Assembly (NCBI GenBank): GCA_963737065.1
Contig: CAVTRC010000001.1
Span: 384,001-448,000, forward strand
DNA: 64,000 nucleotides
Direction of reading: 5' to 3'
DNA from: Candidatus Eremiobacteria bacterium
Lineage (GTDB): Bacteria; Vulcanimicrobiota; Vulcanimicrobiia; Vulcanimicrobiales; Vulcanimicrobiaceae
Below, piece after piece: positions 10,680 through 21,857 of this stretch (position 1 is its first letter; each line of letters opens with the position of its first letter). The position numbers were made by a program, and so were the translations under genes. The notes below the pieces were generated by a model, which was not told where the DNA came from, did not search any database, and was given only the letters and a program-made list of their open reading frames with translations.

Positions 10680-12179
10680 CGGCCGAGCGAATCCGCCGGC
10701 CACGCGTAGTTTCCGAGCGCATCCCATTGATACGGCTCCGTACCGTCCCACGCGAAAAAGCACTCACCGAGTGCGCCGATACGTTTGCTCGCAGCGAGCG
10801 ACGAGGTAATTTCTTGCGCTGGCGGCGCGCCATTGCGACCGACAGCGCTCGTCTGCCCACCGATGCTGATCGGAATCATTCGCCCGGCATAGCGCAGCAA
10901 CGTCTCGTACGATGCCTGCACGATCTGCTCGACATCTTCCGGTGTCGTGGGCGTTCGGCGCATCATCCGCCAATACGTCATCGGCTGCAACGCCGTGCTG
11001 AAGCGCGCAATCTGCGCGTACGGATACGTGCGATCGTCGAGACGTTCGAGGTACGCGTCTTCAACCGTCGGCATTATGAGATATGCTGGACCCATTGCAT
11101 TGCGAACGAATTCAACGTAGTGCCACAGCGCGCTCGGCCCTTGCGGCGCGCCGCCCATAAAATCGTCGCCGCGCTCCACGTCGAGCGCGAGGCCGTCCAG
11201 CGGCGTTCCGTTCGCCGTTCGATAGTACGCACCGCGCACGGCCGTTTGCACATCCTCGAAACTCTCGTCGCGCGGCACCGCCCATGCTATCGTCTTGATG
11301 CCGTGCGCCGCAAGTCCGTCGATTATGGCATCGATCCGTCGGCTTTGCCTCCGGGGTGATTTCCCAATACGCGCCGTATGACGTGCGCAACTCGACGTAG
11401 TGCAGCCCCGCGCGTACCGCTTGCGCGACGATCGCTCCGGGATCGAGATGCTTGAAATAGATCGCGTCAACCGGATTCGACGTGAAGTACAGCCACATGC
11501 CTTTGCCGCGCACGTTGTCGATCGGCGTCGCGGGCGCCGTCTGCGGTGTCGTGACGGCAAGGCGCGCCGGTTCGTGTCCTGTGCGCTCGACGACGTACTG
11601 GTACGAGCGGCCGGGTTCGGCATTCGTGTCGCGAAACGTCGAGCTTGGCCCCGCGATGAGCGCAAGGAGACGTCGCGCACCGCCCTCTTCCGCACGAAAG
11701 ATCCGCACCTCGCCCGCTTCGCGCGGAAACCAACCGATTTGCACGAGATGCGGACCCAGCGCTTTCGCGACGGCGCGCGGCGAACGCCAAGACCGCGTAT
11801 TCGTGCGCACCGTTACGCTGCCGATGCGCGGCTCGTTTGCGACAACGGTCATCGTCAGGGCGCCATCCACAGTCGTCGAGAGAATCGCCGATGGTTGGCC
11901 ATACGCGAGACGCGTCTGCCATTGCACGTAACCGTCGCTCGAGCGATACGTGAAGTCGCTGTTTGCGATAATTCGCGTCGGTTTGTTCTGCGCATCGAAG
12001 AATTTCGTCACGACGAGCCACCGTGCGTTGCCGTCGGGATCGAAGCCGAGCGCGCGCGCATCGACCGCCATGCGCACGGCCGGATTTCCGAAATAGACCG
12101 GAACGTTCGGCGTCGGCGCCGGTGAGGGCAGCGGCGTCATCTGCGTCAGGACGGCTGCCAGCATGAACGCGTAGTGCAT
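10676..12179 (-). CDS. Secreted protein with FN3-like domain and putative glycoside hydrolase TIM barrel, frameshifted near 11337
   Basis: ORFs 11112..12227 and 10676..11695 join if one G is removed; FRDTNAEPGRSYQYVV (FN3-like); KGMWLY..IAWAVP..DGLALDVE. Confidence 0.65.
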
Positions 12180-12241
12180 CGTTGCGCGCTCTCTTCGTTG
12201 GCAGGCGCGCGAACTCTGTTGAACCAACCTTCGCGTTTGGT

Positions 12242-13708
12242 ATGGGTCGACGTCTAGCCGCGCTCGCGATTTGCATCATGCTTGTGGCCGCAATGCCGCG
12301 CCCCGTCCCGGGCGGATCGCCGTGGACGCGTGCGCAAATCGCAGCATTAGGGCACACGATCGACGCGCTGCTGAAAAACGGCGCACTGCGCGGCGCGCAG
12401 ATCGGACTGATCGCGGCCGATACGGTGCGCGGCACGCTGCTTTACTCACGCAACGCCGACGAAGAATTCATGCCGGCGTCCAATTTCAAACTTCTTGTCG
12501 GTTCCGCTGCGCTGCAGATTCTCGGGCCGAACTTTTCATATGTTACGTCGGTTCTCGGCGACCGCGCACCATCCGACGGCGTCATCGCCGGGAATTTGTA
12601 CTTGCACGGCGGAGGCGACGCGCTTCTCAGCGCCGCGGACCTCAACACAGCGGCCGCGTCGCTCGCCGCCGCGGGCATCAAGCGCATCGAGGGTGATCTC
12701 GTCGCGGACGCGACGCATGACGACGCGCAGCGCTATGGATATGGTTGGTCGTGGGACGATCTGCCGTATTACTATGCGCCGGTCATCACGGCGCTCGAAC
12801 TCGAAGACGGCGTCGTGCATATCATCATGCTGCCCGGAACATCGGTCGGCGCGCCGGTGGTGCTGCGAATCGAACCGCAGACCGGCGCGTTCACCATCGT
12901 GAACCGGCTGCAAACGGGGGCGCCCGGTTCACAAGACACGTCGGAGATCGTACGCTCGTGGGATGCACCGAAGCAAATCGAACTGACCGGCACGTATCCT
13001 CTAAACGCGAAACCCTCGGGCGATATTGAACCTAGCGTTCCGGATCCGGAATCCTACGCGGCGGATGTTTTCGCGCGCGCGCTTGCGGCGCACGGGGTCA
13101 CCGTTACGGGAACGGTTCGCGACGGCAAAACGCCGCCGCACGCAACGGTACTGTGGTCGCATGATTCGCTTTCAATGCCGAAGCTGATGCAGCAGTTTTG
13201 GTATCCAAGCGACAACCTCATGGGTGAATTATTGCTCAAAGAGCTCGGCGTGGCGCTGCGCGGCGAGCCGGGAACCGACGAAAACGGCAGCATCGCCGAA
13301 CAGCGTTATCTTCGCTCGATAGGCATCGATCCGCGAACGGTCACGATCGGCGACGGCTCGGGCCTTTCCAGTTACGATCGCATCACGCCGCGAGATCTCT
13401 TTACGATCTTGCAAACCGATTGGAACGGCCCGTATCGCGACATCGTCGTTGATGCGCTTCCGATCGCCGGCGTGCGCGGGTCGCTGCGCCGCCAATTTCT
13501 CAAGACGCCGGCGCAGCGTAAGGTGTTCGCGAAAACCGGCAGCATCAGTCACGTGCGCACGATCTCCGGCTTCATTCAAACGAAGACACACGGCGTCGTG
13601 ACGTTCTCGTTCCTCGTGAACCAGTGGATGGGCGCGGATCAGCCGCGCGGCGTCGCCGCGCTTGCGCGCGTGCGCGGCGCGGTGCTCTCCGCGATTGCGG
13701 ATCGGTAA
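12242..13708 (+). CDS. dacB: D-alanyl-D-alanine carboxypeptidase/endopeptidase (PBP4, peptidase S13)
   Basis: PASNFK (SxxK), SDN, DGSGLS, AKTG motifs; signal peptide. Confidence 0.92.
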   Translation: MGRRLAALAICIMLVAAMPRPVPGGSPWTRAQIAALGHTIDALLKNGALRGAQIGLIAADTVRGTLLYSRNADEEFMPASNFKLLVGSAALQILGPNFSYVTSVLGDRAPSDGVIAGNLYLHGGGDALLSAADLNTAAASLAAAGIKRIEGDLVADATHDDAQRYGYGWSWDDLPYYYAPVITALELEDGVVHIIMLPGTSVGAPVVLRIEPQTGAFTIVNRLQTGAPGSQDTSEIVRSWDAPKQIELTGTYPLNAKPSGDIEPSVPDPESYAADVFARALAAHGVTVTGTVRDGKTPPHATVLWSHDSLSMPKLMQQFWYPSDNLMGELLLKELGVALRGEPGTDENGSIAEQRYLRSIGIDPRTVTIGDGSGLSSYDRITPRDLFTILQTDWNGPYRDIVVDALPIAGVRGSLRRQFLKTPAQRKVFAKTGSISHVRTISGFIQTKTHGVVTFSFLVNQWMGADQPRGVAALARVRGAVLSAIADR

Positions 13709-13784
13709 TCGCGATGACGGGTGAAGGCGATTGTTGCCGTGGCTGGAAGGAAAATCGTTTCGGCCATTTTCCGGAGGGATTTGG

Positions 13785-16643
13785 ATGCTTCAACTATCGA
13801 GCCGATGGCAATCGCTCGTCGCGATCGTGCTCTTTGTGATTGGATTTTCCACGCTCCCAATCGGCGCCGTTGCGCAGCAACTCACGACGGGAACCATCAG
13901 CGGCGTCGTGACCGATGCGCAAACCGGCGCGCCGCTCGCGGGCGTGAAGGTTACCGCCACTTCACCAAGCGGCGTGAAGACCACCGTGACCGACAGCCGG
14001 GGTTTTTACACGCTGCAACAGCTCAGCGTCGATACGTACACCGTCTCATTCGAACTGAGTGGATATTCGTCCGCGAGCGTGCCCGGCATCAATGCACCGC
14101 AAGCAGTCGTCGAACGCGTGAACCAAACCCTCACGAAAGAGATGCGGGTTATCGCAAACGTCAGCGCTCGTTCATCAGCGAGCTTGGTGCAGCCCAATGT
14201 CACGACCGATCAATATACGGTGAGCGGGGAGCACCTTGACGCCGTCTCCGGCGGGAACCAGCTGCAGAAAACGCTCTACCAGTACGTCGATACGATTCCC
14301 GGCATCACGGTCGGCGGCTTCAGCACGCAGCCGCGTATTCACGGCGGATCGGTCACCGACGAACAGTACGAGTTCGACGGCATCCCGATTCGCGATCGCA
14401 TCACCGGATTTTTCACCACGAATTTGTCGAATCTCGGCGTCGCGAACGTCGAGGTTTCAACGGGCGGGCTCGGCTCGGAAACCTCCGATGCCGGACTCGG
14501 CATCATTAATACGGTGATGAAGACCGGTACGTATCCGGCGTTCGGGACCATTGCGTACGGCGCCGACGTTACCGACCGGCTCCTAAACTTTATGTTCGAG
14601 TACGGCGGTGCGACGCCGAACCGTCGCTGGTCGTGGTATGTCGGCGCGCAGAAAACCGGATCGCAGAACGAGTACGCGTCCGGCGCAAGTTATCCGGCCG
14701 TCGTGGTCGAGGGTTTCAACGGCCCCGGTCCCGTCTATACCACCGACATCGTCGGCAACTTTCACTACCGTCCGAATAACAAGGACGACTTCCAATTCTT
14801 GATCCAGAACGGCCTCGGCGATTTCATCTTTGGTTACGGATTCCAGCGAAACAGTCCCGGTCAGCCGCTTCCGTTGACCGCCGTTCCGTGTCCCGGATAC
14901 ACGGTGAGTTCGACGACGCCGACGGGAGCGGCCGGAGGCACAGCGCCGAACGGCCAAACGTGTCCGGCCGGTCTGTATTTTGGTACCGCGAGTGGTGCGA
15001 CGCTCGGCATGGGCGGCAATATCTGGCATCACTACTCCGGCATCGGTAAGCTGCAGTGGAATCACATCATCAACGATCACTCGTCGTTCTCACTGCGCCT
15101 CGCCGAAAATTTCAACCAATATATCTTCGACCAACCGATCGTCGACGCGAACATTCCAGCGATCGAGAACAGTCCCGATTTTCACCCCGGCGACTGCCCG
15201 CCATATCCCTACGCACCAAAGACGCCGATCCCCGTCGTCGGCGGCCAACTTTGTGCCGAGCAAGATCTCTTCTTCGAGACCGGCTACTTAGGCGATCGCC
15301 GCTCGAACATGTGGCTCGGATCGCTCGATTACACAAACCAGATCAGCGACAACGCGACGATCCGCGCGGGCGTGAGCGAAGAGTACGACAATAATCTCGA
15401 CAATTCGTACTACACGTTCTACATGAATCCCGACGGCTCGTGGCCCGGCGTGAACTCGCTCTCATCGTATCCCGACCATATTCCGGCGTTTTACGTGAAC
15501 GGCTCGCTGCGCGCGCGCAAATGGCTCCTCGAGCCCGGCGTGAGGTGGCAGCGCATGTATTACGATTATCCCGCGAGCACGATCGGCGGCGTGTCGTATC
15601 CGGCTGGTCCGTACTCCGTTGGCGTCTGGAATCCGACGTTCGCCGCAACCTACACGATGAACAACCACAACGTCATTCGCGGATCGTGGACCGATTCGAC
15701 GTCATTCGTCGGTACGGCGTACATCTGGCGCGAGGGTTCGAGTGAATACAATCCGGGTGGCATATTCAGCGCGAATCCGACGATCTTCCACAGCGCCGAT
15801 CTCATGTGGGAGCACGAGTTCGATCCCGACACGTCGCTGCGAATCGGACCGTATTGGAACAAAGCGACGAATGTGTTCTACACCTATCGTCCGGTGCTCA
15901 GCGTCAACCCGGCAACGGGCGCCATTACGTACGGTCCGGCACGCCCGACAAACGGTGGTCTGCGTCAATCGTTCGGAGCGGAGCTTGGCCTCAATCACGT
16001 GGATCGGCACCGGTACGGCGTCTCGTACTGGCTCTCCGGAACGTACGATAACTTCTGGACGAACATCACATCGTCGTTGACCGGCTCGTACGGCGGAGCC
16101 GGACTACCGTCGTTTCTCCCGGTCGTTCGCAGTCCGTACAATCCATTGATCAGCGCGTCGCTCGTCGCCGACGTGCACGCGGATCGCTGGCACTTCATGC
16201 CGACCGTGTACTACCAGGGACCATCGCCGTATCAGACGGGCGAATGCGCAGCGTCGCAAAAATGGATCAATCTGACCGGTTATCCGTACTACTCGACCTG
16301 CTTGAGCGCGAGCAGCAACCTCGTGCAGCCGGTTCGGATGTTGCCTGAACTCTGGTCCACGCCGTACTGGTGGTCGAACGCAACGCTGGCCTACGACCTG
16401 GGGCCGACGCGCGCCACTCGCATCGGCGTACAGGTGACGAATCTGTTCAACAACGTCAACCCGAGCAATCCGGCCGTGCCGTGCTACTCGAACGTGCAAG
16501 CGAACACGCCTGCACTCGGTGCCGGGTGTTCGCCGTACTATCCGCTTGCCGGCCAGCAACCGCTGCCGAGCAGCGGCTACATCTACCAAAACACGTCGGT
16601 AACGCCGCGTCAGATCATGTTGTTCGTCCAACAACGGTTCTAA
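13785..16643 (+). CDS. TonB-dependent receptor with N-terminal carboxypeptidase-regulatory-like domain
   Basis: GTISGVVTDAQTGAPLAGV..TDSRGFY; plug-like IPG..PRIHGG..FDGIPI; C-terminal Phe; GGAGG RBS before ATG 13785. Confidence 0.85.
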   Translation: MLQLSSRWQSLVAIVLFVIGFSTLPIGAVAQQLTTGTISGVVTDAQTGAPLAGVKVTATSPSGVKTTVTDSRGFYTLQQLSVDTYTVSFELSGYSSASVPGINAPQAVVERVNQTLTKEMRVIANVSARSSASLVQPNVTTDQYTVSGEHLDAVSGGNQLQKTLYQYVDTIPGITVGGFSTQPRIHGGSVTDEQYEFDGIPIRDRITGFFTTNLSNLGVANVEVSTGGLGSETSDAGLGIINTVMKTGTYPAFGTIAYGADVTDRLLNFMFEYGGATPNRRWSWYVGAQKTGSQNEYASGASYPAVVVEGFNGPGPVYTTDIVGNFHYRPNNKDDFQFLIQNGLGDFIFGYGFQRNSPGQPLPLTAVPCPGYTVSSTTPTGAAGGTAPNGQTCPAGLYFGTASGATLGMGGNIWHHYSGIGKLQWNHIINDHSSFSLRLAENFNQYIFDQPIVDANIPAIENSPDFHPGDCPPYPYAPKTPIPVVGGQLCAEQDLFFETGYLGDRRSNMWLGSLDYTNQISDNATIRAGVSEEYDNNLDNSYYTFYMNPDGSWPGVNSLSSYPDHIPAFYVNGSLRARKWLLEPGVRWQRMYYDYPASTIGGVSYPAGPYSVGVWNPTFAATYTMNNHNVIRGSWTDSTSFVGTAYIWREGSSEYNPGGIFSANPTIFHSADLMWEHEFDPDTSLRIGPYWNKATNVFYTYRPVLSVNPATGAITYGPARPTNGGLRQSFGAELGLNHVDRHRYGVSYWLSGTYDNFWTNITSSLTGSYGGAGLPSFLPVVRSPYNPLISASLVADVHADRWHFMPTVYYQGPSPYQTGECAASQKWINLTGYPYYSTCLSASSNLVQPVRMLPELWSTPYWWSNATLAYDLGPTRATRIGVQVTNLFNNVNPSNPAVPCYSNVQANTPALGAGCSPYYPLAGQQPLPSSGYIYQNTSVTPRQIMLFVQQRF

Positions 16644-17239
16644 GACAAGGACGCTCGCCGGATTCGCTCGCGCAGCTCCTCGCCCACGTCGATCGCTTCA
16701 CGTGGTTCGAGGAGCTGTGGTGACGGACGCAGACGCGCGATATCCCACCGTTGGTCTTCCGCGGTGCCGAAATAGCCGTCGCACATCGCTGCTTCCGCGT
16801 GCGACATAACGTGGTCCGCGTCCACCGGCACGTCGTAGAATGCGGCTAGTCGTCCGCCGACGGTGCACAACGCATCGATCAGTGCTTCGGTGAGCGGATA
16901 CGCACCGAAATCTTGCGGCGTCGCGTCCTGCATCGCCATGATCGAAATCCCGAGCGCGTACGAATTGCGGCTACGCGTGTGCGCAGCATACGGTCGCTCC
17001 GGCGAGCCATAGATTTCGCGCATGTTCTCGCGCACATCGTGCGTATTGACGACCACGATGCCCACTCCCGGTTCGATCGCAACGCAAAAGTGATACGCCG
17101 GAAAAACCTTCTCGTAATCGTATGCCGACCAGTGCGTGTAAATGCGCTCGATACGGCCGGGGACGTCGGGACGCCAGGCATCGAGCGACAAGTGCGGGTA
17201 CGCGTCGATGCGCGTCTCGATGCCGCTCAGATCTGCCAT
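16640..17239 (-). CDS. N-acetylmuramoyl-L-alanine amidase-like protein
   Basis: IYTHWSA, YHF, AHTRSRNSYALGIS, VMSHAE match amidase_2-like His motifs; no signal peptide. Confidence 0.7.
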   Translation of the reverse strand: MADLSGIETRIDAYPHLSLDAWRPDVPGRIERIYTHWSAYDYEKVFPAYHFCVAIEPGVGIVVVNTHDVRENMREIYGSPERPYAAHTRSRNSYALGISIMAMQDATPQDFGAYPLTEALIDALCTVGGRLAAFYDVPVDADHVMSHAEAAMCDGYFGTAEDQRWDIARLRPSPQLLEPREAIDVGEELRERIRRASLS

Positions 17240-18846
17240 TGCCAGGCGTTCCATTCATCGGCGATAAACGCCGCCGGTTCGTAGTGCTTGACGTCTGTAT
17301 TGAGCGCGTAATAGGTTTCGTGCCAGAAGGCGAATACGGCGGGATCGAGTTCGCGAATTCGCGCCGCCTCCCGCTGATAGAGCGCCTTGCGCTTCGCCTG
17401 ATCGAACGTTCTCGCGGCGGCGCTGCTCGTCTCGTCAACGATTCTGTCGCTGAGCCAACTCGTGTTCGCGCCGTTCGGCGGGATGAAATGCGAGTTCCAT
17501 GAACCCGAGTCGTCGGGGTCGGCACCGTTGTACGACTGCGACCACTCGAGGTCGTACGTCCCACCGTACAGCGGCCCGTTTTGCGCGAACAACACGTTCG
17601 CCGCCGCATTATGAATAGAAAGCGCAATGCCGAGCGGTTGCAGCATCGATTGCATGAGCACTTCTGAGCGTTCGTTCTGCTGATTGTCGGTCGTCGCCGT
17701 AATCGTCAATCGCAATGCAAGAGCGCCTTTGTGGAGTACGCCGTCCGAGCCCATGCGCCAGCCGTCCGACGCGAGCAGCGTGCGCGCCGACGCGGGATCG
17801 TGACGATACGGCGGAAGCGACGGCGCGGCCCACGACTGAGGAAACACGTCGGAGACTGCAAGCTCGCCATAGCCCCGGTATACCGTCTGCAGAATGCGGT
17901 TCCAGTCAACGCTCATTGCAATCGCGTGCCGCACGTTCACGTCGGCGAGCTGCGGCTTGCGTATGTTCATGCCGAGGTGCTGCCACGACGCGATCAACCG
18001 ATGCTCGACGCGAATGCCCGAGATGCCGGAGAGCGCGGCGATGGAATTCTTATTGACGTCGGGATAGACGTCGATTTCGTGCGAGCGCAGTTCGTCAAGC
18101 ATCGTATCGGGATTCGGGATGATCTTGTAGTGGATCTCGGTGAGCCCGGGCGCGCCGCGAAAATAGCGCCGATTCGCGGTGAAGACCAATTCGTTGCCGC
18201 GATCCCATCGCTTTAGGACGAACGGGCCGCTTGAAATCGGCATGCTATTGAACGACGCATGATTGAGGTCGGGCAGCTTCGCAAGAAGGTGTGCCGGAAG
18301 CGGCGGATATGCATCGCCGCCCATGGTCAGAATCTCCATTCCCGCGACCGTCGGCCGTTTCAGCCGAATGACAATGGTATACGGATCGGGCGCCGACGCC
18401 GACGCAATCTCCGTCCAGCCATACGCCGTTTTCGTGTTGTTGCGCGGATTCATCACCGCGTGATACGTGAAGAGCCAGTCGCCCGCCGTCAGCGGCGCAC
18501 CGTCCGACCAGACCGCGCCGTGGCGCAAGTGGACGGTGATCGTCTTGCCGTCGGCGCTGATGCCGCCGTTTTGCGGCGTCGGCACCGTGGTCGCGAGATC
18601 GGGAAACAGATTTCCGTTCGCATCGGTGCGAAGAATGAACGCGAAGAGCAGACAGTCGACCTGCGCGGTTGCGATCGTGTGGCCGAACATCAGGTTGAGA
18701 TTATCGGGCTCTTCCGCGCTGCCGATGCGCAGCACGCCGGGAACCGTCCAACTATTCCTTCCCGCCGCCGTCGGCGTGCCGGCTTTCGAGCACGCCGCAA
18801 GCGCCGCAATCACCAGCAACGACAGAATAACGCAACGGTATCGCAC
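17227..18846 (-). CDS. Peptide ABC transporter substrate-binding lipoprotein (family 5)
   Basis: Lipobox LAAC; PDLA..GISADGKTIT.HLR..WSDGAPLTA.D; SGPF. Confidence 0.9.
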   Translation of the reverse strand: MRYRCVILSLLVIAALAACSKAGTPTAAGRNSWTVPGVLRIGSAEEPDNLNLMFGHTIATAQVDCLLFAFILRTDANGNLFPDLATTVPTPQNGGISADGKTITVHLRHGAVWSDGAPLTAGDWLFTYHAVMNPRNNTKTAYGWTEIASASAPDPYTIVIRLKRPTVAGMEILTMGGDAYPPLPAHLLAKLPDLNHASFNSMPISSGPFVLKRWDRGNELVFTANRRYFRGAPGLTEIHYKIIPNPDTMLDELRSHEIDVYPDVNKNSIAALSGISGIRVEHRLIASWQHLGMNIRKPQLADVNVRHAIAMSVDWNRILQTVYRGYGELAVSDVFPQSWAAPSLPPYRHDPASARTLLASDGWRMGSDGVLHKGALALRLTITATTDNQQNERSEVLMQSMLQPLGIALSIHNAAANVLFAQNGPLYGGTYDLEWSQSYNGADPDDSGSWNSHFIPPNGANTSWLSDRIVDETSSAAARTFDQAKRKALYQREAARIRELDPAVFAFWHETYYALNTDVKHYEPAAFIADEWNAWQWQI

Positions 18847-18855
18847 GAGATGCTG

Positions 18856-19764
18856 TTACTTCCACCCATCGACGATCGTCTTCGCCATGTTTGCCATTAG
18901 CAGTTCGCCGGCGTTATCGGGCGTCCAGCTGCGATCGCGGTTGTTGTACGTGAAGGCCGCCATGACGATCGGTCCTTGCGGTGCATAAATGATTGCGACA
19001 TCGTTGCGCACCGCATCGAGCGCTCCCGTCTTATTCGCGACGGTCAGGCGGCCGATGTACCGCGGAATTCCGTCGCGGTCCGATTGATTTTTCAGCATAG
19101 CGAGCGCTTTCGCGCAGAGCGCTTGCTGCGTCGGCGTCGGCGGAGCGGTGTCACCGGGCGCGTTCAAATTGCACTCCGCAAAGCGCTGCATCAGTTGAAC
19201 GATCTCGCGCGCCGTTGTTTTTCCGAGGCCGAACTTCGGCTGATCGCTCGGCACATCACCTGTCGGCGGCTTGAAGACTTTCTTGTAGAGCCATGTGCTG
19301 TTCAGGCCGAGCCACTTCAACCGGGCATCGATTCGGGTGAGACCGAGATGATCGATCGCCAAGTTCGTCGCCGTGTTGTCGCTCTGTACGATCATCATCG
19401 TGAGCGCGTCCTTGAACGTCAGCACCAGCGGCGTATCGAAGAGCGTGAGCACGCCCGATCCCTCGACTTGGTTCTCCGGCGTGAGCGTCAGACGATCGTT
19501 CCAATGCGCCTCGCCCGCTTCGATTGCTTTGAGCGCTTCGAAGAGAATCGCAAGTTTGATGGTCGACGCCGTCGGCACCGGTGTGTCGGCATCAATACCA
19601 ACTGTTCGGCCCGTCTTTAGATCGACCGCATAAAGTGCCACGTTTCCAGCGTAGCTTGCCGCCAGCGCACGCAGCTGTCCTTCGATGCTGTCGGCGGCGC
19701 GGGATATTGCCGGGTGTGCTGCAGCAAACGCGACCAAAAGAAATCCAAAGAAACGTCGTATCAT
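18856..19764 (-). CDS. Class A beta-lactamase-like serine hydrolase
   Basis: ASTIK (SxxK), SDNTATN, NKTG; signal peptide from MIRRFFG. Confidence 0.85.
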   Translation of the reverse strand: MIRRFFGFLLVAFAAAHPAISRAADSIEGQLRALAASYAGNVALYAVDLKTGRTVGIDADTPVPTASTIKLAILFEALKAIEAGEAHWNDRLTLTPENQVEGSGVLTLFDTPLVLTFKDALTMMIVQSDNTATNLAIDHLGLTRIDARLKWLGLNSTWLYKKVFKPPTGDVPSDQPKFGLGKTTAREIVQLMQRFAECNLNAPGDTAPPTPTQQALCAKALAMLKNQSDRDGIPRYIGRLTVANKTGALDAVRNDVAIIYAPQGPIVMAAFTYNNRDRSWTPDNAGELLMANMAKTIVDGWK

Positions 19765-19771
19765 TGTCGAC

Positions 19772-21842
19772 ATGTTGCAAACGATCGTTGCATCGCTTCT
19801 CCTTCTCGCTGCCGCGCCGGCCGCGGCCTCCCGCTTTTCGCTCGAGCAAATTCTCTCGTATCCGTTTCCGATGTCGCTGGTTCCTAGCGGCGACGGACGC
19901 ACGATCGCCTACCAGATCGATCAGCGGGGAGCCCGCAGCGTTTGGATCGCGCGGGCGCCGGATTACCGTCCGCAGCGCATCGCGAATTACGCGAACGACG
20001 ACGGACAAGCGGTGAGTTCACTGCAACTTTCGCGCGACGGAACGCGCCTGGTCTACACGCATGGAAATACCCAAAATCCGTCGCTCGACGTACGTCAGCC
20101 GCAACCGCATGTCGTCTCCGTTGATACGACGACCGGTACGCAAGTCGATCTCGGCGAAGGCTACGCGTCCGCCGTCTCTGCCGACGGCACGCGCGTGGCG
20201 TTTCTGCGCGACGCCGTTGTCTGGAGCGCTCCGGCGACAGGCAGCGCACCGGCTGCGCGCCTGTTTTATGACGCAGGTCGCGATCGCGACGTGCAATGGT
20301 CGCCGAACGGCGACGCGCTCGCGTTTGTCTCGGAACGCGGCGATCACGCCTTCATCGGCATTTACCGCAGCAACGCTCGGCCTTTGCAGTTTCTCGCTCC
20401 GTCGACCGGCAACGACACCGAACCGCGGTGGTCACCCGACGGCGGCAGCATTGTCTTCGCGCGTACGCCCGGCGCGGGCGGAGCCGTTGCGTCGCCGCTC
20501 GCAATGCCCGTTGTGCCGTGGTCGATCTGGATCGCGCGCGTTTCGGACGGCGCTGCGCATCGCGTCTGGTCGAGTGGAGATTCGTCGCGCGCATCGTTTC
20601 CGACGCAAGGCGGCGACGTCGATCTCACCTGGCTTGGCAATGACGCGATCGCCTTTTTAAGCGAAACGGATGGGTGGCCGCATATTTACGTCGTCGGCGC
20701 GCCGGGCGGCACCGCGCGGCGTCTGACATCGGGCGCGTACGCAGTGATCAGCATGGCGGCCTCACGCGACGGACATTCGCTTGAGTATGTGGCGAATACC
20801 GGCGCGCTCGCCGGCGATATCGATCGCTGGCATCTCTTTCGCGTCGATGCGCGGAGCGGACGCGTGAGCGCGATCACGCGGGGAACCGGTTCGCAATGGT
20901 GGCCGCTGCCGCTCGATGGCGGAGAGATCGCGTACGCGACCACGACAGCGCAGATGCCGCCGCTCGTCGCGGTCGCAAACGCCGACGGTACCCGCGAACG
21001 GCTCGTCGATGCGGCGCTGATACCGAGCGACTTCCCCGCGTCGTCGCTCGTGACACCAAATGACGTCACGTACCACGCGTCCGATGGAAGGCTGATTCAC
21101 GCGCAACTTTTCGCACGCCGTAGCATACGGCGTCGTCCGGCGGTCGTCTTCGTACACGGCGGACCGATGCGCCAGATGTTGCTCACATGGAGTCCGATGA
21201 GCTACTACGCGAACAGCTACGCAGTCGATCAATATCTCGTTAACCGCGGCTTCGCGGTGCTCTCCGTGAACTACCGGACGGGAACGGACTACGGCCACGA
21301 TTTCCACTATGCGGTGCGCGCCGGATGGACCGGCGCGAGCGAGTATCAGGACGTGCTCGCCGGCGCGCGATGGCTGCAGCAGCAACCGTCGATCGATCCG
21401 AACCGCATCGGCATCTGGGGCGGTTCGTGGGGCGGATATCTGACGGCGCTTGCACTCGCTCGGAACTCCGACGTCTTCAAGGCCGGCGTGGACTACAGCG
21501 GCGTGCACGACTTGATGCACGACGCGATCGCATATTTTCATGCGTACGGTGAAGGCGCCGACAACATCGACCTGCGTCCATGGCTCAAACTTGCGTGGAA
21601 CTCGTCACCGGAAGGCGCGCTGGCGACGTGGCGTTCACCGGTATTGCTCATTCAAGGCGATCAAGATCCCGATGTGGAGTTCCATCAAACGGTCGATCTC
21701 GGCAGCGCGGCTACAAGCGCGACACATTCCACACGACGTCATCGTCCTGCCCGACGAGGCACACACGTTCTTACGTTGGAGTTCCTGGCTGCGCGCGGAC
21801 AGCGCGGCAGTGAACTTCCTAAGGGAAAATCTCGACCCATGA
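19772..21842 (+). CDS. S9 family peptidase with beta-propeller, frameshifted near 21701
   Basis: HGGP, GGSWGG nucleophile, GDQD; catalytic His segment PDEAH lies in ORF 21540..21842. Confidence 0.88.
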
Positions 21843-21857
21843 GCCCGGCGAACCGCG

